From: the human T2T-CHM13v2.0 reference genome, Homo sapiens
Direction: 5' to 3' (one strand)
Assembly: GCF_009914755.1 (NCBI RefSeq)
Contig: NC_060926.1
DNA: 64,000 bases
The position numbers and the translations under genes were made by a program. Shown piece by piece: positions 14,865 through 31,500 of this stretch. The notes under the pieces were generated by a model. It was not told where the DNA came from. It worked only from the letters and a program-made list of their open reading frames with translations, and did no database searches. The stretch's first letter is position 1. Every line of letters begins with the position of its first letter.

Positions 14865-15301
14865 TGTCTCAACTGCACTATGGATCTCTAGATTTCTACT
14901 TCAGAGCTTCTTTATCACCACTACCTGGCATACCTGCAAGAACCTCTCACCCTTATGACATATGGATAAACCAAGAAGTGCAGAGGAATTAAAACCCATG
15001 GATAACCGTTAATCAATGAAGTATAGGAGCTAGAAGATAAATATTCCTCTTTTCTATCCCAGGAGTAGACAATTCTGGAGTGCATTCTGCATGACTCCTC
15101 AGAAGTCCCTCCCTGGTGGATGGAGTCCTAGTTTGCCCACTATGGTAAATCAACTTGAAGCACCCATAAATTGGCTTTCCTTCCCTGTTTCACTCTTCCC
15201 AGTCCCCTACCCCTGTTCCTTGAGATACTTTTACAAAGTAATCTGCCTGCATACAAGACCTTGATTCAGGCTCTCTTTTTAAAGGAAACTAGGATAAGAC
15301 A
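14865..15301 (+). mobile_element. LTR16-family solo LTR (ERVL)
   Basis: TG...CA ends; GACAATTCTGGAGTGCATTCT, CAGGCTCT...AAACTAGGATAAGACA terminus. Confidence 0.75.
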
Positions 15302-15631
15302 CTGCTTTCTTCCTGGGTTTTGTTTCTTTTTTTCCTCTCTTACCATCTACTGGATAATCAATTTGTTTCTGTCATTCTGAAAGTTACTCTTATTTTACTT
15401 TTATTCTTCTGTTGGTTACTCTTAGGTTACTATACCACCTAAGAGTAGGGAAAATAGCTAAAGCTTATTGATATCTCAGTCTTTTCCGCAAACAAATCAA
15501 TGAGCTTCACTGGTTCTTATCATACTTTGATCTATATCCATATACCCCAAGTTCCTGTTTGTGTCATTTAGCATTTTAATTCTGGATTCATAAAGATTGA
15601 ATGGGTTTATTTGTAGTAATTTCTCATTTAG

Positions 15632-16123
<492 letters not shown>

Positions 16124-16407
16124 GAAAAGAAAGTTTTTAAGAGTAAATGTATTTTCCTTCCAAACTTTGAAAATATAATTGTCTTCTAACCAGTGTTGCT
16201 ATTCAAAAGTCTAATGCCTAATTTGTATTTTTTTAATGTGATCTTTTTGAAATTGTTACCTTCTTTTTGTCTCTGGAAGCTTTTAGAATTTTCTTTTAAT
16301 CTTTGATATTGTTAAATTTTGTTGTAATTTGTCATCTTTATTTCAAAATGCTCATGTTCCTTAGAGATCTAATTGTTTTTCACCTTAGGATCATCTTTAT
16401 TCCTTAG

Positions 16408-16985
<578 letters not shown>

Positions 16986-17538
16986 AAGAAGCATATATTT
17001 TAATCTGGATTCCATTATTTCCTATTTTCCCTTTCAAGGGTCTACTTCTCCCTTGGGATATTCTCAGTCCCTCCACTGGAGACACTGTTCATGTCTCAGA
17101 ACAATGCCTTTCTTTGTGATGTCCTTTCCTGGTCAGAGAATGAGGTGAGGAATGGGAGAAATGGTCAGAGGCCTAATGGGCACTACCTCTTCTGACTTCT
17201 CACTCCAGCTAGATCCAGGCTCTATCCTATTTTCACATGGCTACGCCCAGTTGATACTCTTGCTTTCCGTCTTCCTGAGATGAAAGTAATGGGCAATGTT
17301 CTAGGAAGTTCATACTCATGCACTATATGCATGTGTATGTGTACGTGTTGATGCATACCAAATGTCCTGTTTTGCACAGCTATAATTTCTATGCAAACCT
17401 GCAAGCCCTTGTCAAACTTTCAACATTAAATAGAAGAGGTATATTCTCACTCCGGCCACAGCTCGACTGATTCTGATTGTACCTCCAGTATTGTGATATC
17501 ACAGGAAAAAAGGGGAAAAATAACAATATGCCATTAGC

Positions 17539-17902
17539 ACTCTTAGTCCATTTTGTGTTTATATTAAAAAATACCTGAGACCAAGTAATTTATAATGAAC
17601 AGAAATTTATGGGCTCATGGTTCTGGAGGTGGGGAAGTTCAAGATCAAGGAACTGCATCTGGTGAGGGCCTTCTTGCTGTTATTCCCTGCCAGAAAGCAA
17701 AGGGGCAAGAGAGTGCATGTGAGAGAGTAAGAGATTGAACTCACAGCCTCAATCTCTTTTATAGTCATCATTTATCCATTCATGAGGGTGGAGCTCTCAT
17801 AAACCTAAATGCTTCCCACTAGTCCCCATCTCCCAACACCGTAGCATTGGGGATTAAACTTCCAACACATGCCTTTTGGGGGATACAGTTAAAACTATAG
17901 CA
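17539..17902 (-). mobile_element. MaLR solo LTR (MSTC/MSTD-like)
   Basis: TCTTAGTCCATTTTGTG...GCATCTGGTGAGGGCCTTCTTGCTG...AAACTATAGCA. Confidence 0.85.
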
Positions 17903-18302
17903 CATTTTCTACCTCAATCCATATCCCAGTTGTAGCCTGCTAGCCCTCCCCTCCATCCTCACCGCCATTTTCTGTCTACATTGGGAGTACTTTTTAATTC
18001 CTAAGGACCACTCACAGGGTTTGTTTTCACTGCTGAGCATGGCTCTGGGTTTTATAAATTTCCATTTCTCTCTTCTGGTGTGCCCAGAGTTGGGTGTGAG
18101 GCAGGAGCTGGCAGCCTGGTCTTAGTTTCCCATCTGGCCCAGAACTGGTTTTGATTTATTCTTAAACTCTTGTATGGCTATTCAACTTTCTAGGAATGTA
18201 TTTAGGCAGATTCATACTTTTTCCCCAAGACCCATCACCCTACTCTACTAAATGAATTAAAAAACTAGCTTACTATGGAAATAATAGATCCAGCTGAAGA
18301 GA

Positions 18303-18460
18303 GGCAGTATAGCCTAGTGATTAATGGTATGAAGGTATGGTGTCAGATGGCCAGGGTTCACATCCCAGCTCATGAGACTCACTAATGGTATGACTTTGAA
18401 TGAGTTACTTAATCTCTCTAGATTTCAGTTTTCTGATCTCTAAAATGTAAGTGGCTAATA
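18303..18460 (+). mobile_element. MIR
   Basis: GGCAGTATAGCCTAGTG...GTTACTTAATCTCTCT...TCAGTTTTCTGATCT. Confidence 0.8.
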
Positions 18461-18534
18461 CAGATCTTTTCTCCTTGTTATTTTTCTTTACCAGCTAGGC
18501 TCTGTTGTGGACCTTCCATATCATGTAGGCAGCA

Positions 18535-18672
18535 GTCAGGTGGCAAGGTGTGGTGGAGCTGAAATATAGTGGCTTTCTTAAAGAGAAAAATAAAAAATTA
18601 TAAAAGGCCTTGTGCAAGTAAGAACCCCTGAGACTGAAATCTTCATGAGCCTCACTGCAAATTTCCTAGGCT
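18535..18672 (-). mobile_element. MER53-like hAT MITE
   Basis: GGCCTTGTGCAAGTAAGAACCCCTGAG...CTTCATGAGCCTCACTGCAAAT resembles reverse MER53. Confidence 0.5.
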
Positions 18673-19298
18673 ACAATGGGAATGAAAATAGATTCTAACT
18701 TAGTGTTATCCTATAATGTTATTGTGAAATATTTTTAATTAATATAGACCCTGGCAAATAGTAGTATACAATAGGTTAGCTTTCATTATTCTTGAAGGAA
18801 AAAAAAAGGTAAGTAGGGTTCTGTGTTTAAATTCATGTGGAAATGCTACACACAGTCTTTCATTCTTAGAGTTTCGCAATACATGTTAACATATTGTAAT
18901 AGTAGCACAGTAATTTAAGCATGCAGATAATTTGTAGCTTCTTTACTTTGTAGTTGATCTGGTCTTCCAATGCCCATCACCCACTGCTTAGAAGAATGAA
19001 ACAAAAACAATGCCCAATCCAATCTAAAGTTCTATCCAATATTTTAAATAATTCTTTTAGATAGCAATAAACTTCGCTTGCATAAAATACTATCTCTTAT
19101 CTAGCCTCTGGCTCCCCGAAGAAAGCCAGATATATGAGGAGAGAAGTGTATGGCTTGTAGAATCTGAAGACATATGGGAAGACAGACTCTTTGGATCCAC
19201 AATGAATGTGCTACACTCACTGTCTCCTTTCTAGGCTGGGAAGGTCCCCTTTTTGTTTGGTTGCTAACGTAGGCTGCTGGTACTTTTGGATTAGGCAA

Positions 19299-21097
<1,799 letters not shown>

Positions 21098-22219
21098 GTT
21101 AGTGTTAACTCCTTGGCTCCCAGTAACAATCCCATGTGACATTCTGAAAAAAACAGATATTTGTAAGAAAAAATTGGCCAAAAAGATGAAGTGCAGCAAA
21201 GAAATGAAAAGTGGTAATGCTGGAAATGAAATGCAAATTGAACATAAATGGAGTTATAGGAGAAATAGTAGACTGAGGGAATGTTGACATTGTTGCCATG
21301 TGAAAGACCCTGGATATATAACCAGAGGAACTTTGTAAAGGCAGACTTATCAACACAAATGAGTAAAGTAGTTGTAATGGAAAAGATGAAGCTGTCTCAA
21401 AGCAGGGGTCCCCAACCCGAGGGCCGCGGACGGTACCAGTCCGTGGCCTGTTAGGAACCAGGCCACACAAGAGGAGGTGAGCAGCGGGCAAGTTTGTTTA
21501 CAGCCTGAGCTCTACTTCCTGTCAGATCAGCTGCAGCATTAGATTCTCATACGAGGGCAAACCCTATTGTGAACTGCTTATGGGAGGGATCCAGGTTTCG
21601 CGCACCTTATGAGAATCTCCTGATCATCTGAGGTGTAAAAGTTTCATCCCGAAACTAACCACCCCACTGCCCTAATTTTTTATGGAAAAATTGTCTTCCG
21701 CGAAACCAGTCCCTGGTGCCAAAAAAGCTGGGGGGGGCCTGTCTCAGAGGAAGTGATGCTGGCAAGAAAACTTCACATTAAAGGCAGTCTTAGAGATATT
21801 TGATGACACTGAAAGCATAAAGGATAAAATTAATGCTGATACAAACTTAGAAAGGAGTATAACAATTTGCCAAGGCATAGAAAAGACACGGGCTCTATAT
21901 TGTGTTACATGACAGGAGAAACAAGGCTGGAACCACTCAAACTACTCTCGATTATTTTTGAAGAAATAACTCACTTTAATTCCCTATGTTTTTGATGCTT
22001 TAAGTTGCAGTATGCTAACTTATTTGTTTTATAAATTTTTAATTTCCCTATATATTTATAATCAGCAGTAGGAAAAATTTTAAAGTTTTGACAGAATTTT
22101 TTGAAGTTGTAGAACAACTGTAATTTTTGCCTTTGATTATTAAGCTCTCTTGGCACAGTTTCAGGTAGCACAGTCATTTTTAAAGTCCCACACTTCCATG
22201 CAAAGCAGAGATTGCTTGG
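21098..22219 (+). mobile_element. Tigger6-like DNA transposon, left end missing, interrupted by MER1B
   Basis: AAAGATGAAGTGCAGCAAAGAAA...AAACTTAGAAAGGAGTAT...; right TIR remnant GCAAAGCAGAGATTGCTTG. Confidence 0.7.
21403..21741. mobile_element. MER1B hAT-Charlie element
   Basis: CAGGGGTCCCCAACC...GGTGCCAAAAAAGCTGGGG..CCTG; 8-bp TSD TCTCAAAG/TCTCAGAG. Confidence 0.9.
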
Positions 22220-22480
22220 ATGATAAAGGAATTTACCTTACAGGATTGTTGGGCAGATTAAAAGAAGTGGTGCATGTCAACACCAACTATGAGATCTGAC
22301 ATATAGTAGGTTCTTAATGAGTGTTCTCTATTTTATGTGACTATTACCAGCTGCTTATTCTTTTAGGAATTTGGGGGAGTTCGTGTGATTATGTATGACC
22401 TATTTTATAATTAAAATTTGATAGATTATTAATGTTGGAAATTTTTTTTAAAAGTGTATTCCAAACTAAAAATCTAAGTC

Positions 22481-22778
22481 TTTTTTTTTTTTTTTTTCTT
22501 GACAGGGCTTTGCAATGTCACCCAGGCTGGAGTGCAGTGGCATATCATGGCTCACTGCAGCCTTGACTTCTTAGGCTCAAGTGATCCTCCCACCCCAGCC
22601 TCCCAAGTAGCTGGGACTATAGGCATGTGCCACCACACCCAGCTAATTTTTTAATTTTTTGTAAGGACAGGGTCTCTCTATGTTGCCCAGGCTGGTCATA
22701 AACACCTGGGCTCAAGTGATCCTCCTGCCTTGGCCTCCCAAAGTGCTGGGATTACAAGTGTGAGCCACCAGACCTGGT
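22481..22778 (-). mobile_element. AluJ
   Basis: GCAGCCTTGACTT, GGCTCAAGTGATCCTCC, TATGTTGCCCAGG. Confidence 0.94.
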
Positions 22779-23521
22779 TTATTATTTTCTTCAGAACAAT
22801 TTTTGATAGCTATCTACCCCCTCCAAAATATTCACAAAACTTATGAGTCATTCACAGACTGGAAACACCACATTTATGGGCACTTCCATTAGAAAAGTAT
22901 TCAAATGAATTATAAATATGATATTGTTTCATTTCCTTATTTTATTTTCATCTATCTCTGGGTTTTCCCTTTAAAAATAAAAAGTGCCAAGTTCCTTTAA
23001 AATATGCTTTTGGGGATTAAGGAATTAATATTACATGAAGCTCATTTGGGAAACTACTAATGGAAGTACCATAATGATTATAGACAGGTAGACTTTTCAA
23101 AGGAATCAGTTCAGCAAGACTGATTCTTATGTGGGAATTTTAAGACCCAAGAAAAGCAATGGAAACAGAGCAGTAAGTATGTACTTATTACTTAGAGGTT
23201 GGTCCTATATTGAAACTAGAGGCTTAAAATACCCATGGGATTTTTTGTTTTTGTGTTTTTTTGTTTGTTTGTTTGTTTTAACTAAGTGATGATGTGTTTT
23301 GCTGATGAATGAGAACTTCTTTGAGGGGGAATTTGTGAGTTTTAATGCTCTTGAAAAACAATGTATCTGTTAATGGAATCTAGGCAGGTTACTGAACTGA
23401 TTGATAAACTGAGTATGGCTTGTATCAGCTTTTGTCTTAAGGGAGAAGTAAAAATCATTTAACCAATAAAATGGCAAAGTACTTGTCGATAGATATTTTA
23501 AAAGAAGCAGTTGAGCTAAGA

Positions 23522-23535
23522 CTGCAACCTAGTGG
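23522..23535 (-). promoter_or_regulatory. Candidate CTCF site
   Basis: Reverse strand CCACTAGGTTGCAG, one mismatch to CCASYAGRKGGCRS. Confidence 0.4.
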
Positions 23536-24177
23536 TGAGTTTGTGACTGAAAAACAGTGACTGCATTCATTCTAGGCCATTGATAAAAGGGGCATTTGAA
23601 TTCAAGATGAGAATGAACAGGCAGAAGTCCATTGTGCCCTTGTGAAGACTGATCTGAAATCATGGTGGAGCAGGGCTAAAAATGGGGAAAGATGGCTGTT
23701 ACCAGATCCTTGAGGCTGTTAATTTTATGTATTTTCTACTTTATCTGAAGCTTCTGCTCACTTATGTCAGTTTCTTTGTCTCTTTAAAGATGAAGACCTT
23801 GTCAAAACCACTGTAGTTTATCTTCTCACACTGGTTGCACTAACTTAGTTTATTTGTTTAATCAGTTTCACTTTAGGGCAGACTTCTGTTTCCTTTTATT
23901 TTTGTAATTAAGGCAATTCAGATCATACTCTTCTTTAATTCCAGTAAGTTTTTCATGTGAGAGGATTCCAAGATGATTCTAAATGTCATTCTCATTCTTT
24001 GACTCCACAATAGTGCTTGGCTTTTTACTGTGTAATGTAGCCTTTATTCCTTACAAATGCTTATTAGAAACTATATTTATTACAGTTTCACATTGCATTG
24101 TATTAATATGGAAAATATTATTGACATGGTAATGCTCAGACTTTGTTCTTTTAATGATGATCACCTCTCTCTCTCTC

Positions 24178-24479
<302 letters not shown>

Positions 24480-25585
24480 TAAATATAGAATATTCAAGAA
24501 ATATAGCATAAGAACTTGAATATTTTAATTGTTATATAACTTATTCTGAGTTTTTAAATCTGCTTGTATCTTTTCTCATTTTCTCATCAATCCTTTTTAA
24601 GCATATATTTAAGAATTTGTTCAGTGTTTCTTGATTTTTATTGTCAAATCATCCTTGTTCTTAGCACTCTGACTTTTAGTTAGCTTATATTAACTTTCTT
24701 TTATATAGTTTTATTTTACCTGCAAAACTACCTGTGATTTGTTTGTTTCCCCCTTCCAAATCTTTTTCCCTGGCAAAGCTTGATATTTAGGTGTGAAGGT
24801 TAGTTATTCTGTGTGCTGTAAAATCAGTCCTGTGCTTTCATAAGGATTATCAAAAGATAATATTATTAGCTTTTAAATTCTTTCTCCACTTCAGGTCTTC
24901 CACATTTAATTTAAGTGCATTTTCAGAAAATGTCAAATTATCTCAAATGTATATGCTTCTAAGTTTTGAAGATGTGAATCCATAGCTTCTCTGATCGCTC
25001 AGGATTGCAAGACTCACCACAGTAAATTGACTACAGAAAGCCCACCCCTGTCAGTGAAATGATGCTGTGATGGCTAATTTTAGGAGCCAACTAACCTGGA
25101 TTAAGAAAAATCTAGAAACCTGGTAAAGCATTATTTTTGGTTGTGTCTAAGAGGGTGTTTCCAGAGGAGATTAGCATGTGAGTCTGAGCGCATGTAGGTG
25201 GAGAAGATCCACCCTCAATGTGAGTGGCCACCATCCAATCAGCTGGGGACCTCATGAGAACAAAAACAGAAATGATGGATGTATTGATCTATCTCCTGGA
25301 GCTGGGATACACTAATATCCTACCTTGGACAACAGAACTCCAGGGATTTCTGGACTCAAGTCCTTTGGACTCAAGGATTTACACCAGCAGCCTCCCTGAT
25401 TCTTAGGTCTTCTGCCTCATACTGAGAGTTATATGATCGGCTGCCCTGGTTCTGAGGCTTTCAGACTATGAGCCATGCTACTGGCATCTCAGGGTCTCCA
25501 GATTGCAGATGGCCTGTCATGGGACTTCTCAACCACCATAATAGTGTGAGCCAATTCCCCTGATAAGTCCCCTCTCATACCTATG

Positions 25586-26707
25586 CAGTCGTGTCATCCA
25601 ACAACAGATGTATGTTCTGAGAAATGCATTGTTAGGCAATTTCATTGCTTTGCAAACATGAGAGAGTATACTTACACAAACCTAGATGGTGTAGCCTACT
25701 GCACACCTAGGCTATATGGTATAGCCTATAACTTCTAGTCTACAAACCTGTACAGCATGTTACTGTACTGAATGCTACAGGCAACTGTAATGCAGTGGTA
25801 AATATGTGTATATCTAAATATACAAAAGGTACTGGAAAACTACAGCATAAAAGATTTTAAAATGGCAGGAGCGCAAGGCCAGCCTGGGCAAAATAGTAAA
25901 ACCCTATCTCTACAAAAAATAAGGAAATTAGCCAGGCATGGTCATGCACACCTGTAGCCCCAGCTACTCAGAAGTCTGAGATGGGAGGATCACTTGAGCC
26001 CAACAGTTCGAGGCTGCAGTAAGCTATGATCAAACCACTGCACTCTAGCCTGGGTGACAGAGACCCTGTCTTTTAGCTTACTGTAACTTTCTTACTTTAT
26101 AAAAACTTTTTAATTTTTAAAGATTTTTCTACCCTTTTGTAATAATTCTTAGCTTAAAACATAAACACATTATACATCTGTACAAAAATATTTTTTCTTT
26201 ATGCCCTTACTCTATAAACTTTTTTCTATTTTTTAAATTTTTTATTTTTTACTTTTAAACTTTTTTGTTAAAATCGAAGACAAAAACACACACATTAGCC
26301 TAGGCCTACACAGGGTCAGAATCATCAATATCATTGTTTCCACCTCCATATCTTGTCCTCCTGGAAGTTTTTGAGGGGCAGTAACACACATGGAGCTGTC
26401 ATCTCCTCTGACAACATGCCTGCTTCTGGAATACCTCCTGAAGGACCTTCTGGAGGCTGTTTTACAATTAACGTCTTTTTTTTGGAAGTATAAGGAGTAC
26501 ACTCTAAAGTAATGATAAAAAGTCAGTGCAGTAAGTTTGTTTACACCAGCACCACCACAATCATGTGAGTTGTGCATTGTACTATGACATCAGCATGGCT
26601 GTAATGATATCCCTAGGTGATAGGAATGTTTCAGCTGCAGATAATCATATGGGACCCTCATATACACAGTTCGTTGTTGACTGAAACAGTTATATGGTGC
26701 ATGACTG
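25586..26707 (-). mobile_element. Tigger3b (Golem) DNA transposon
   Basis: TIR ends CAGTC...GACTG; TTCTGAGAAATGCATTGTTAGGC, AGCCTAGGCCTACACAGGGTCAG. Opposite orientation to the copy at 47064. Confidence 0.88.
25866..26071 (+). mobile_element. AluJ fragment without 5' end, tail or TSD
   Basis: CAGCCTGGGCAA...TTCGAGGCTGCAGT...GAGACCCTGTCT, then straight back into Tigger3b. Confidence 0.88.
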
Positions 26708-27375
26708 TGTCTATGTCCAATTGGTTCTGTCTCAGTGGAGAACGCTGATACAGATGCCCTGTATGTAATTCAGAGATTATATCCAGTGATATAATCCAAT
26801 GAAACTGTTTTGGATCTCCATTGGTCTTTAGAACAGCTTTCTACAAAGTATAGATTTTTTCACTTGATTTTGGATTTGATCTAAATGAGGCAAACCAAGG
26901 AACCAGCCACTCTGTAATCAATGCAAAAATCAGTGCTGGAATAGTGAATTGTCTGAAGTGCTTTCTCTTTTCCTACAATTCCGTTTATGAAAAACAGTCC
27001 GGGATCTTTGTTGGGAAATCTGTCACATAAAGATCATGATGGATAACATGGCACTCTAAAGGCAGTTTCTAGTGAAATAAAAGTTAATGGAGCAAAATGC
27101 CTTTCTATAGAGTCATGAATGTAATACTGAGGGGAACAAAATAAATGCTTCCCCACCATACTTAATTAGGTTTTGGAAGGAAGAGGCAAATTAATAAAAC
27201 AGCACGGCAATTCCCAGAGGTATAGATTTTCAAGATATTACTTATATAAAGCTATAAAAATGCATGGCATGAGATATTTTTAATGACCCTTAAAACCTTT
27301 TTAAAAACAATAATGTTTTTAATAATTCAGATTTATTAATTATCACAGAAGTAATGTATTAAAAATGAGAGTATA

Positions 27376-27699
<324 letters not shown>

Positions 27700-29168
27700 C
27701 TAGAAATTATCACTATATAGGTACAATTTTCTTAACAGAAAATTCTGTTGTGTAAATATGTATAAGATAGCATAGTTACCTGAAAGTATCCTTTACAATA
27801 TCCTTGAGAAGAAAAAAAGCTTAATCCTTGAGTAGTGCCATGATTCTCATATGAGATAAACCTACAGAGTTTATTTTTCCGGTCTTAAAGAGCTTTACCT
27901 CACATTCTAAATACATATAAAAGAAATGTAAGAAATGCTGTTTTATTTTATGTTCTATAAAAATAAAATCTTCAGTTGGTGATTAATTTACTTATCTACA
28001 ATAACTCTTGAATACATAATTGTTTAAGAGCACATTATTAGGACTTTAGGTAAGAAAACATAAAGCAAATAGATTTTGACCCACAAAATTACAGATTTGG
28101 GGAGGGGCAAGAGTGACAGGAAAAAGTAAAAAAAAAACAAAGTGAAGATGGTTTTTACTTAAATGATAGGCATAAATAAAAGACATCAAAAGACTTGTCA
28201 AGTTCTCTCTCTCTCTCAACTTTGTAAGTTTAAATAGACTATAGATGTTGGGAAAGAAGATGTACACACACACTCTCCTCAAGTTTCTGATGTACTTGGC
28301 TAAGGACAGACAAGCTTAGTGGAAGCCAGCTGGCCACATCTTCAGCATATTTCAGTACAGCTTCCTTTGGCCACCAGAGCACCCAAAGAGGGATGTAGAG
28401 CTGTAAACAAGGTGTAGCACTGTTAAGGGATATATAGCTGCACAAAGTAAGTCTTTCCAGATCTGGAAAGCTTAATTTTGTCTTATACTTTTGTATACCA
28501 GGGATGTAAATTACTATTTGGAAAGAACTTAAGCAATATGTGCCCTGACTGGAAAAAAAAAAAAAAATAAGACATCTGGAACTCTGGTTCTCAAGCCAAA
28601 CTTGGCAGAAAGCTTATTCAGAGGAAAAAGCAGAATGAATGCTCATATATCGGTGAATGGTGTCCTGACTCTAGCTTTCTAGGATCTTGGGAAGCCCATT
28701 TCCACCAACACAGTTTTTCCTCCTCCAACCGCACATCCCCAAATGACCACCAAGAGCAATAAGTAAATGGGATATTGAGAAGTGAATAATGGATTTATGG
28801 ATAATATATCTTGGACAAGCTGAGTACTTGTGCATATTTGAGACACATGGCAAATACTAAAGCTGTCTAAATGTAGCTTTTATACTATTACAAAATAAAA
28901 ATATATGTGAAAAAACACCATAAAGTTTATTAGCCACTAAAGATCTGTAGGAGGAAATTATATTCAAGTATTATATTAGAACATGAATAATGTGTTAATC
29001 TAAATCTGAGTCAAACCATACCAAGAAGGCAATGTTTACTACCATTGAAGTTATTTTTTAAATTGAGTTATATTTTTATAAACTTATATCAACATCATTT
29101 TTGTTTCTTATCTTTTTTATTTCTCCCTTCTCTGGCCATTCCACCAACAGTCCCAGATGGCCTTAAAC

Positions 29169-29450
29169 AGTGTTTCCCAAAGCATGGTACACACAGTGCT
29201 GATGGTACCTGAGATGGTTTTATGTGGTTCAAGGAGGTTTTACTTTTACAGTCTCTATATATAATAAAACAATATAATGAAACCCATCAACCTGAGAATT
29301 CACAGATATAAAATTTAAATCACAGATATAAAATTTAAATAAGTTTATACAAAATAAAATGAGTCAATTTAATAAAGTAATAAGGAAATAACAGTAGGGG
29401 TGGCACTCAGAGGGGAAAAATGTGAGGGTGGCACTCAATGTGGAAATACA
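29169..29450. mobile_element. Ancient hAT-Charlie MITE fragment
   Basis: CAGTGTTTCCCAAAGCATGGTAC terminus; subfamily uncertain. Confidence 0.55.
29300..29340 (+). repeat. Perfect 20-bp tandem duplication
   Basis: TCACAGATATAAAATTTAAA x2. Confidence 0.95.
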
Positions 29451-30049
29451 GCTATATATTTTAAGAAAAGAAACTGATTCTTAGTATGAAATAGCATTGT
29501 GTCTTTTTCTTCTAATGGAGCTAATGTCTCTTTAAGGAAGTGAAATAGCAGTTTTCATTGGGGTTTTACAGAACATTATTTAATGGGTCCACACGCCCTA
29601 TCAAACTGGTAAAAATCCAATGAGAGGTCACAAAAGAAACCAATCCATCTAAAGAACCTAAAAATGCTTGGAATATACAGAGGGTGTTTTTACAGGGAAT
29701 CTGGACATGGTAATAACCAAGAGTGTTTAGAGCTAAAGATGGATTAATCAGAAATCTATCCACAAGGCACAAAAGGCAGCCAAACTCTACCCAGCTAATC
29801 TATGGTCTTGACACAGGGCAAGTGCTACAGGAACTGTAACGGAGAAGGAGAGGGAGTGCAATGGTACCGGAGTCTAGTGCTGGTTCTGCCAAAGATTAGT
29901 CATATGCCCCAGGGCAGCCCATTTAAATCAGGATATCTTAAACACACAAATAATACATGTTTATGATGTACGTCTTCAATGAATGCTTAATAAATGTATT
30001 GCTTTTCCTCCTACCCAGAATTGCCATCATAGATTTTTGGTTTGTTTAC

Positions 30050-30620
30050 ATGCTTCTTTGCATGTGTTTATGTTCATAAAATTGATGTAACACGTATTAT
30101 ACAAAACAAAACAAACAACAAAACCCTCAATGTAGAAATGTATAAAGAAGAAAAGTCTCTAATAGTATAAAAACCTAAACTTAAGAGCTATGTATCCTTA
30201 TAGGATTTCCATGTTGCATATCCCCCTTAAGGGGATGCCAGTCAATTGATTATCATAGAAGACTATGAATGATGTCTCCTTGCACTTCAGAAAACACCTA
30301 CATATGGTAGCTCTGTTTATGAACCTGGAATATTTTTTAATGATATGACGTAAGCATATATGTGTATACCTGTGTTTACCACAATTGAAATTAGGTTGTA
30401 CATAACATTCTACAACTGGCATATATTTCAGTTTCTTAGAATTCAGCACATGTACATCAACTGGCATATATTTGGCTTCTGTACAAATCAGTACATGTAT
30501 ATCTGCCTCATTTTTTAATAGCTGTAGAGTACTCCATTTACTGATGCCTCATAATTTAATTAATTCCTTATTTATGGATGTCTGGATTATGTCTAAACTT
30601 TTTCTATAAAAGTGTGGTTG
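30050..30620 (-). mobile_element. Old L1ME 3' fragment
   Basis: CTCATTTTTTAATAGCTGTAGAGTACTCCATT...TGGATGTCTGGATT. Confidence 0.6.
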
Positions 30621-31409
30621 CAACCATGAAAAGTTATGCTGGAAGATTTCAATTAAAAAATTGGACCCATAAATTATTTGTGTAATTAAAATTTATTCAC
30701 AGACAAAATATAAATGATTTTGTGAATATCTTTGTAAAATATTTGATAGTCAGAATCACTCCCATCCCTCAACATACTTATTTTTAAAAAACAAATAAAT
30801 ACTTGCCATGTGCCCTGATTATGTTATGTTCTTTAATAGAGCAGTCCATTTTAATTGGTTGGGTTTTTCCTTTTTCAAAACAACCAGCTCACAGGTGTCC
30901 ACACAATACTGAAAAATGAAAGTATTTTCTAAGGTGATGAGGGGGAAAGTAATTAATGTGGGCATAGTATAGTCTAATGTTGTTCTCGGTGGGTTGCAGC
31001 ATCTGTTAGAGAAGAAAACAGAGGCAATAATATTAGCAAGTAACCAAACCAGACAAGTGGAGAGGTAGAGAGATGTGAGTCTTGTGTAAGTCACCATGAT
31101 CAGAAGATCCTATAGCTAGCAGGACCTTCAGAATACCTACATGAATAATCTCACAAAGATAGACCTATCTCTAAAGAGAACTGGCTGTAGGTACAACTGT
31201 GGACCTGGTGAGACAGGCCTTCTCTGTCCTTCTTCCTCTGAGTGCCTCTCCTCCTTTTAAGAGATCCCTTCCCATCCAGCCCAGGATATTTTTCTATCTT
31301 GTGGTTACTTGGTTTACAGAGGCCCTCTTCTATTTTACTATGTTTATTCATTCTTGTAAACTGGGCTGGATTTGGGGCCTGAAGATGTAGTATGTTACAA
31401 CAGGAATAG

Positions 31410-31500
31410 ACTTCTAGTCCAATTTTTCATATTAGAGATGAACAAACTGAAACCAGGGCAGGCTAAGTGACCCTATCACAGATCACACAGAGAGATTTTA
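31410..31500 (-). mobile_element. MIR fragment
   Basis: AGATGAACAAACTGAAACCAGGGCAGGCTAAGTGAC...ATCACACAG. Confidence 0.7.

Larger units (their letters stand above)
25066..26752 (+). mobile_element. MLT2B-like ERVL solo LTR split by Tigger3b (parts 25066-25585 and 26708-26752)
   Basis: TGTGATGGCTAATTT...GGTTCTGTCTCAGTGGAGAACGCTGATACA; perfect 5-bp TSD GATGC at 25061 and 26753. Confidence 0.9.

Noticed and set aside
26855-27130. Open frames on both strands (FGFDLNEANQG... / YYIHDSIERH...)
   Set aside because: Under 60 codons with no recognisable motif; expected by chance in 64 kb.
29664-29745. MLGIYRGCFYRES resembling a WSC-domain start
   Set aside because: The remaining WSC cysteine pattern is absent; it is a short alternative frame of block B.
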